From positions 1 to 64,000 of the forward strand of contig DASPSR010000034.1 of NCBI GenBank assembly GCA_035623825.1: a stretch of DNA of 64,000 nt, read 5' to 3'. Shown here piece by piece: positions 58,235 to 64,000 of this stretch. Origin of the DNA: Nitrospirota bacterium (lineage in GTDB: Bacteria; Nitrospirota; UBA9217). The notes under the pieces were generated by a model, which saw only the letters and a program-made list of their open reading frames with translations, had not been told where the DNA came from and ran no database searches. The position numbers and the translations under genes were made by a program. How positions within the stretch are numbered: position 1 is the first letter of the stretch; the number at the start of each line of letters is the position of its first letter.

Positions 58235-58471
58235 CTACTTCTTCCGCACATAGACGTGATATTCTCCGTTATCCTTGGTAAGGCCGAGGTACTCATTGCC
58301 GGTCATGCTGCACCATGCTGGCATATCTTTTTCAATACCGTTATCGTCTGACTGCACTTCAAGCACCTGGCCCGGTTTCATTTCCTTGATCTTGATCGAA
58401 GTCTTGTAGATCGGCATGGGACAGGCGAGGCCCACGCAGTCCAGTATCTCATCGGGTTTGATTTCTTTCAT
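58235..58471 (-). CDS. tusA: TusA/SirA-family sulfur carrier
   Basis: LDCVGLACPMP, PGQVLEV.SDD, D.PAWC; start trimmed to 58471. Confidence 0.85.
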   Translation of the reverse strand: MKEIKPDEILDCVGLACPMPIYKTSIKIKEMKPGQVLEVQSDDNGIEKDMPAWCSMTGNEYLGLTKDNGEYHVYVRKK

Positions 58472-58611
58472 ATTCGTTCTCTTTTTCGTGACTGGTTCTT
58501 GAAACGGCAAAGTCGCCGTCCAACAGCCCGGTTTCAAGACCCTTTGGATGCCGGCATTGCGGTATCCGATATTACTCGGCATTTGAGAACCTGTGATTGA
58601 CTCTGTCGTTC

Positions 58612-59040
58612 CTACTCCATCTCATGCTCGTGCCCCGAGCCTTCAGGCAATTTCACAGGCGAAATTTTTCCCTGTTTCTTGTAATAATCGTCGAGTGCCG
58701 ACTTGAGCGCCTCTTCCGCCAGCACTGAGCAATGCATCTTTACCTTCGGAAGGCCGCCAAGCGCCTCGGCCACTGCAGCATTCGATATTTTGAGCGCCTC
58801 GTCGACGCTCTTGCCCTTCACAAGATCCGTTACCATGCTGCTCGTGGCAATGGCCGCGCCGCAACCAAAGGTCTTGAACTTGGCGTCCGTGATGACGTCC
58901 TTCTCGACCTTGATATAGAGACGCATCACATCGCCGCAAACAGGATTACCGACCGTTCCCACACCGTCCGCGTTCTCGATCTCGCCCACATTATGTGGAT
59001 GGGCGAAATGTTCCATCACCTTCGAACTGTACTGTTCCAT
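58612..59040 (-). CDS. iscU: Fe-S scaffold IscU/NifU-N
   Basis: YS.KV.EHF..P.NVG, GNPVCGD, FGCG.AIA.SS, K.HCS.LAE. Confidence 0.95.
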   Translation of the reverse strand: MEQYSSKVMEHFAHPHNVGEIENADGVGTVGNPVCGDVMRLYIKVEKDVITDAKFKTFGCGAAIATSSMVTDLVKGKSVDEALKISNAAVAEALGGLPKVKMHCSVLAEEALKSALDDYYKKQGKISPVKLPEGSGHEHEME

Positions 59041-59050
59041 ATATTCCTCC

Positions 59051-60235
59051 TCATCCAGCTTTTTCTTTCTTGATCATGTCTTCATAGAGAGGCGACATCT
59101 CCCGCAGCCGCTGCACGATGGGGGGCAGCTTCTCTATCACATAGTCGATATCTTCCTCAGAGTTTCCCATGCCGAGCGTCATGAGCAGCGTGCCGTTTGC
59201 GACCGCCGCATCCGTGCCGATGCAGACAAGCACGTGCGATGCCTTGAGCGAACGGGAGGTGCAGGCAGATCCGCTTGACACCGATATCCCTTCCATGTTC
59301 AGGAACAGGAGCATGGACTCTCCTTCCACGTACCACATGGAAACGTTCAGGTTATGCGGCAACCTGCGCGTCGGATGGCCGTTCACAACCATGTGGTCGA
59401 TCTTATCGGTGAGGCCTTTCTGCAGCCGGTCTCGGAGCGCCGAGAGGTAGTTCATGCGGTGCGGTATCTCCGCTGCCGCAATCTCCGCTGCCCTGCCCAG
59501 ACCAACGATGGCGGGTACATTCTCGGTGCCCGCGCGCCTGCCGTCTTCCTGGATGCCGCCCTCGATCTGAGGCTTGATCCTGACGCCTTTGCGCAGAAAG
59601 AGCGCAGCCGCGCCCTTGGGACCGTAGAATTGGTGCCCCGAGAGAGACAGGGCGTCCACGCCGAGCGTCTTCACGTTTACGGGAATCCATCCCACAGACG
59701 CGACCGCATCGGTGTGGAACAGCACACCCTTTTCCTTCGTTATCCTGCCTATCTCCTCGATCGGCTGGATCGTGCCGATTTCATTGTTCGCATGCATGAT
59801 CGAGACGAGGATCGTGTCCTTGGTGATCGACTTTGCGACGTCATCGGGGTCTACCCGTCCTGTTTCGTCCGTTTCCAGGTAGGTAACGGAGAATCCTGAT
59901 TTTTCGAGCGTCTTTGCCGGATGGAGGACCGAAAAATGCTCGATCTGCGATACGATGATGTGATTTCCCTTCTGGCTGTTCGCCTGGGCAAGCCCCTTGA
60001 GCGCGAAGTTGTTCGACTCGGCTCCGCTTGACGTAAAATAAATTTCTTCCGCTTTTGCGCCAACGAGGGCGGCGGTCTTTGCCCGTGCCTCATCAACTGC
60101 GTTCTTGGCCTCCCGTCCCACGTCGTGCAGGTTTGAGGGATTGCCGAAACTGCCGGAGAAATAGGGCAGCATGGCCTCCAAAACTTTCGGATGGACGGGT
60201 GTCGTGGCTGCATGGTCAAGATATACCTTTCTCAC
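59051..60235 (-). CDS. iscS: cysteine desulfurase IscS/NifS
   Basis: YLDHAATT, GNPS, EH.SV, NNEIG, HTDA, GTEN, SGSACTS; GTG start; note the PLP-lysine motif reads SGHQFYGPKG rather than S.HK. Confidence 0.92.
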   Translation of the reverse strand: MRKVYLDHAATTPVHPKVLEAMLPYFSGSFGNPSNLHDVGREAKNAVDEARAKTAALVGAKAEEIYFTSSGAESNNFALKGLAQANSQKGNHIIVSQIEHFSVLHPAKTLEKSGFSVTYLETDETGRVDPDDVAKSITKDTILVSIMHANNEIGTIQPIEEIGRITKEKGVLFHTDAVASVGWIPVNVKTLGVDALSLSGHQFYGPKGAAALFLRKGVRIKPQIEGGIQEDGRRAGTENVPAIVGLGRAAEIAAAEIPHRMNYLSALRDRLQKGLTDKIDHMVVNGHPTRRLPHNLNVSMWYVEGESMLLFLNMEGISVSSGSACTSRSLKASHVLVCIGTDAAVANGTLLMTLGMGNSEEDIDYVIEKLPPIVQRLREMSPLYEDMIKKEKAG

Positions 60236-60236
60236 G

Positions 60237-60719
60237 TCAACATACCCCCTTTCCTGCCAACGCCGATTTCTTCCTGGTTTTCCCTGCGAGAGCTTCTTTC
60301 TGCTGTTCCGTCTGCTGGCGGAGGAGATCATCGAAGGTTATGCTGTCGAGCGCCTGTTCGATCTTTGCACCAACCTTCGCCCAGACCATTCTGGCAACAC
60401 AGTCATCGGCCTGATAGCATTCACCGGACTCACCGGGCTCCAGGCAGTGGGACAGCGCTATCGGCCCTTCAAGCGTTCTCACGATATCACCGATCGTTAG
60501 CTCCGACGGTTTCCTGGCAAGCAGGTACCCACCTGCGGGTCCGCGGACACTCTCGATCAGACCTGCCTTACAGAGCCGGTGCAGGATCTGCTCAAGGTAG
60601 GAAAATGAAATCCCTTGACGGTCGGCAATTTCCTTGATCGTGATCGGCCCTCTGCCGGAATGCTTGGCTATCTCGTATACCGCCCGAACGCCGTATTTCC
60701 CCTTCGTCGACAGCTTCAT
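60237..60719 (-). CDS. iscR: Rrf2-family regulator IscR
   Basis: MKLSTKGKYG.RA, YLEQI, SVRGP.GGY.L, three C-terminal Cys; heads the iscS-iscU operon. Confidence 0.9.
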   Translation of the reverse strand: MKLSTKGKYGVRAVYEIAKHSGRGPITIKEIADRQGISFSYLEQILHRLCKAGLIESVRGPAGGYLLARKPSELTIGDIVRTLEGPIALSHCLEPGESGECYQADDCVARMVWAKVGAKIEQALDSITFDDLLRQQTEQQKEALAGKTRKKSALAGKGVC

Positions 60720-60793
60720 AGTTTACGCCTACCACTCATCACGACCCGTTCTTTTTAAACAGGACCGTTTTGATCTTTCCATTCGCTAGGACA

Positions 60794-60826
60794 ACAATAA
60801 CAAACTTGACCATTTTTGTCAAGTAT
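60794..60826 (-). promoter_or_regulatory. IscR type-1-like operator overlapping the isc promoter
   Basis: Minus strand ATACTTGACAAAAATGGTCAAGTTT (ACTTGAC-N7-GTCAAGT palindrome) covering TTGACA-17-TATTGT. Confidence 0.8.
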
Positions 60827-60888
60827 ATAGTTTTGCCTTGTGTTTTTAATCCCTTTGCGCTACGTTACTAATACCTGGAGGACCATTC

Positions 60889-61161
60889 ATGCATACCGAC
60901 GAGTTCGAGATCTCGCTTTCAAGGGAACTGAGCGTCTGCAGGAATACCATCAAAAGGATCAAACATTCGCTCAGCGTTCTGGAACGCAGGCATAACAAGA
61001 CCACCGGGATGTTTATGGATGAACTGCGGAGCAACCGGACGTCTAACGACCCTGCCTGCAAGGACGACTGCGAAGCCTGGCGAAGCAGCTATGAGTCGCT
61101 CAAACGATGGGAAGAACTGGAGCAGCAGTATCAAGAGGCGCTCAGAGTGATGAAAATATAG
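60889..61161 (+). CDS. hypothetical helical protein
   Basis: 90 aa, strong SD GGAGGA; divergent from iscR. Confidence 0.7.
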   Translation: MHTDEFEISLSRELSVCRNTIKRIKHSLSVLERRHNKTTGMFMDELRSNRTSNDPACKDDCEAWRSSYESLKRWEELEQQYQEALRVMKI

Positions 61162-61375
61162 TAGAACTAGGCCCCAAATCCGATCTCTCAATAGAGAAGA
61201 CAATTCATGAGTTTCTGCGATCAATGAATGGAAGCACGTCCATCGCGGCTTCTTTGTCATTTATTCCTTGGTAAATCAGTGTTTGACAACGTACCCTGCG
61301 TACGCCTCGATGGTTCAACGGCTCAGGAGGAAGTTTCCATTCGCTCTCTCTCCTGTTTATGCTATACTCCCCTTC

Positions 61376-62197
61376 ATGCAGCATAACAGCCCTCACAAGC
61401 CAATCACGAGCAAAGAAAACAGCGTGATAAAACATCTCCGCTCCCTGTCTGAATCGAAATACCGGCAAAAGGGAAAGGCCTTTCTGATCGAAGGCGTCAA
61501 AATGGTCGAAGAAGCGCTCAGGGACAACCTGGGGGTCAAGATGGTTGTTGCGGCGCCGTCACTCGTCCAACACCATGGCAAGGGTGTGCTTAATTTAGCC
61601 GAAAGTCGCTCAATGGATGTGGTCTGGATATCGCAGCGTCTGCTGGACATGATAGCGAAGAGCAAATCACCCCAGCCGGTCATGGCAGTTGTGGGCATGA
61701 AGGTGCACACTGAACAGGAGCTTCTGGCTCATCGCTCGGGGCTCATAGTGATCGCTCACCAGCTCCAGGACCCCGGCAACCTGGGCACTATCCTGAGGAC
61801 CGCCGAGGCAGTCGGCGCTTCCGGCGTGGCCGTAACACCGAATACCGTGGACCCATTCAACGAAAAAGCGATAAGGGCCTCAATGGGCAGCATTTTACAC
61901 CTGCCTGTCGTGCGCATCGGCGATGTGTCCGCTTTCATCAAGAGATGCAGGCAGAACGGGTTCCAGACCGTGGCAACGGTCTTGACCGGTGAGAAAACGC
62001 ACTTCGATGTCGATCTTACGAAACCGACCGCGGTGGTTCTAGGACAGGAGGGTGCGGGATTGCCCAATGACCTCATAGCCGATATCGACATCCGGGTCCG
62101 CATTCCCATGGCGGAAACGATCGATTCGCTGAATGTAGCCACTGCCGCGGCGGTGATCCTCTATGAGGCTCTCAGACAAAAAATGGCGAAAAGCTAG
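61376..62197 (+). CDS. TrmH/SpoU family RNA methyltransferase
   Basis: ITSKEN..IK, IEG.K.V.EAL, QDPGNLGTILR, RASMGS, G.EG.GL, IPM...DSLNVA. Confidence 0.93.
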   Translation: MQHNSPHKPITSKENSVIKHLRSLSESKYRQKGKAFLIEGVKMVEEALRDNLGVKMVVAAPSLVQHHGKGVLNLAESRSMDVVWISQRLLDMIAKSKSPQPVMAVVGMKVHTEQELLAHRSGLIVIAHQLQDPGNLGTILRTAEAVGASGVAVTPNTVDPFNEKAIRASMGSILHLPVVRIGDVSAFIKRCRQNGFQTVATVLTGEKTHFDVDLTKPTAVVLGQEGAGLPNDLIADIDIRVRIPMAETIDSLNVATAAAVILYEALRQKMAKS

Positions 62198-62202
62198 CTT
62201 CA

Positions 62203-62682
62203 TTACACAAACTTTTTCTTCAGTTTCTCCACCACCGGCTTCGGCACAAGACTGGACACGTCGCCGCCGTAGCTGGCAGCTTCCTTCACGATTGTCGAGG
62301 TTATGAACGAATACTCCTGGTTCGGCATCAGGAACACTGTTTCGATTTTGCTGTCAAGCCTGCGGTTCATGAGTGCCATTTGCATTTCGTACTCGAAGTC
62401 CGATACGGCGCGCAGACCACGGATGATCCCAACGGCATTCTTCTGCCTGACGTAGTCGACGAGCAGCCCATCGAAACCCTCGATAATCACATTCTTATAC
62501 ATCCCCGCCACCTCCCTGAACATGGAGATGCGATCCTCGAGTGAAAAGAGCGGCGTCTTTTTCGGGTTCGCTGCTATTGCGACTATCAGCTCATCGAAAA
62601 TTCTGAGACTCCGTTCCATGAGGTCGATGTGGCCGTTGGTAACAGGATCGAAGGTCCCGGGATAGACGGCAATGTGCTTCAT
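62203..62682 (-). CDS. coaD: phosphopantetheine adenylyltransferase
   Basis: YPGTFDPVTNGH, RGLRAVSDFEYE.Q.A..N. Confidence 0.97.
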   Translation of the reverse strand: MKHIAVYPGTFDPVTNGHIDLMERSLRIFDELIVAIAANPKKTPLFSLEDRISMFREVAGMYKNVIIEGFDGLLVDYVRQKNAVGIIRGLRAVSDFEYEMQMALMNRRLDSKIETVFLMPNQEYSFITSTIVKEAASYGGDVSSLVPKPVVEKLKKKFV

Positions 62683-62811
62683 GTTACCTCCAGGCAACGT
62701 TCGAATTTCAAAATCGAACGTCAGCGGCTGTGTAGTTGACCATGGTTAATCACCCAATCTCGTCTCGTTCGGGCCTAGGATTTTGACAGTTGAGCCCTTT
62801 GCTTTGCACTT

Positions 62812-63348
62812 CTACAGTCGATAAAAAGCCAATACGGTATCACCATACCGCGCCTCGCGGTAGAGCGTAAGCCTGCCCGCCTGTACGGGTGCCGGCTGCT
62901 TCTTGAAGTGCTCAGCGATTACGACAGCATCAGGCTTCAAAATTCCTGAATCTGCGAGGCCATTGAGCAGCGGTTCAAGCACAAGCGAATAGGGCGGGTC
63001 GAGAAAAACGATATCGAACTGCTCGGAGGTCTTCTTGAGAAAGGTCTCGGTCTTCGACGCGACCACTTGCGCCCGCTCGCTGAAACCGGTCTGCTCGATA
63101 TTATACTTCACAATGTGGAGAGACTCCCTCGAGTCGTCAACGAACACCACTCGCTCCGCTCCCCTGCTGAGCGCCTCTATGCCGATTCCGCCGATGCCGG
63201 CGAACAGGTCGAGGAAATGTGCGCCCTCCACTTTTTCCCCAAGGATATTGAACAGCGCCTGCTTAGCCTTATCGGAGGTCGGCCTGACTCGCAAGCCTGC
63301 GGGCACTTTCAGTTTCCGCCCTTTACCTATGCCACCAGTTACCCTCAT
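62812..63348 (-). CDS. rsmD: 16S rRNA m2G966 methyltransferase
   Basis: MRV.GG..KGR.L, RPT.D, LDLFAG.G..GIEALSRG, DPPY. Confidence 0.95.
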   Translation of the reverse strand: MRVTGGIGKGRKLKVPAGLRVRPTSDKAKQALFNILGEKVEGAHFLDLFAGIGGIGIEALSRGAERVVFVDDSRESLHIVKYNIEQTGFSERAQVVASKTETFLKKTSEQFDIVFLDPPYSLVLEPLLNGLADSGILKPDAVVIAEHFKKQPAPVQAGRLTLYREARYGDTVLAFYRL

Positions 63349-63524
63349 TCATTAATGTCCTTGTCCCTTAGATGGAAGGGGCGAAGAGGGTGATGCAAAG
63401 GGATCCCCGCCACAGACCGCCTCCCTGATCAAGCCAACGGGGAGAAAACATGAGACAAGCCTCCTGAATCAGCAGTATGGGTGAATCGATGCTACAGAAA
63501 AACCCCTTTCAAGTCAAGCTATTC

Positions 63525-63553
63525 TTGACAGCCACCAGCATTGCGTATATACT
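63525..63553 (+). promoter_or_regulatory. sigma70 promoter of nfeD
   Basis: TTGACA-17 bp-TATACT. Confidence 0.75.
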
Positions 63554-63576
63554 TTTCACATTCGGGGAGACATGTC

Positions 63577-64000
63577 ATGCGCGATAAGCCTAAATGGCTC
63601 CTGCTTTTCCCGCTGCTGCAGCTCATCATATTTTCTGATGTTACTCCCCTGTCCGCTGACACGCCTGCTGGGGAAAAACCAGCAGCGCCACCAGTCAAAA
63701 AGATCTACCTCATAACCGTTGACGCTCCGATCACTCCCGTGATCTCGGAATACATCACCAAATCAATAGATACGGCATCGCGAAACAGCGCAGAGGCCAT
63801 TATCATCGAGCTCGACACCCCTGGCGGGCTTGTGGATTCCATGCGCGAGATCGTGAAGAAAATGATGTCGGCCGACATTCCTGTCGTGGTATACGTTGCG
63901 CCCGCCGGGGCTCGGGCGGCATCGGCCGGTGTGTTCATAACGATCGCCGCTGATATAGCGGCCATGGCCCCGAGCACACACATCGGGGCTGCCCATCCGG
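63577..64000 (+). CDS. nfeD: NfeD membrane-bound ClpP-class serine protease (truncated by window edge)
   Basis: Manual translation: signal peptide, then LDTPGGLVDSMREIV, PVVVYVAP.GARAASAG, AAMAP.T.IGAAHP. Confidence 0.88.
   Translation, partial: MRDKPKWLLLFPLLQLIIFSDVTPLSADTPAGEKPAAPPVKKIYLITVDAPITPVISEYITKSIDTASRNSAEAIIIELDTPGGLVDSMREIVKKMMSADIPVVVYVAPAGARAASAGVFITIAADIAAMAPSTHIGAAHP

Noticed and set aside
62697-62721. ACGTTCGA/TCGAACGT inverted repeat upstream of coaD
   Set aside because: Single 8-bp hairpin without U-tract; no second copy found; function unsupported
1-64000. CRISPR arrays, tRNA/rRNA genes, IS elements, prophage or known anti-phage systems
   Set aside because: No regularly spaced repeats, cloverleafs, transposase/integrase motifs or phage genes seen; Lhr and dcd fit housekeeping/repair families rather than defence loci

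Overview
A GC-rich (roughly mid-50s % by eye) bacterial chromosomal segment. Gene content and order suggest an anaerobic Nitrospirota/Desulfobacterota-like organism (inference). The core backbone is mostly on the minus strand: rsmD-coaD, iscR-iscS-iscU-tusA, yhaM, ftsY-zapA-6S RNA-rarA-rny-ymdB-xseA, then xseB-ispA-dxs-tlyA. About 39.5 kb of accessory genes separate xseA from xseB. They include a HEAT-repeat/HD-GYP pair, an AT-rich dCTP deaminase, an RND pump, oxidoreductases, an NHEJ operon (ku-ku-PolDom-ligD-DUF72) behind a ~190-nt structured leader, lnt, a YkuD (ElsL-like)-MurC/Mpl fusion, an atypical PGK, a GT9/ArnT/flippase/B12-radical-SAM/two-aminotransferase surface-modification cluster and a full-length Lhr helicase. 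The left end has a small gene plus dinB under a perfect GAAC-N4-GTTC (LexA-type) operator, a hemerythrin, and a sigma54-driven porin-like gene cut by the window edge. No tRNA, rRNA, CRISPR array, transposase or integrase was seen. The most promising leads are the structured and partly duplicated RNA leader of the ku operon, the L,D-carboxypeptidase-like/Mur-ligase fusion, the envelope-modification cluster, and the HEAT/HD-GYP pair sharing an N-terminal domain. All calls come from manual motif recognition; no database searches were run.
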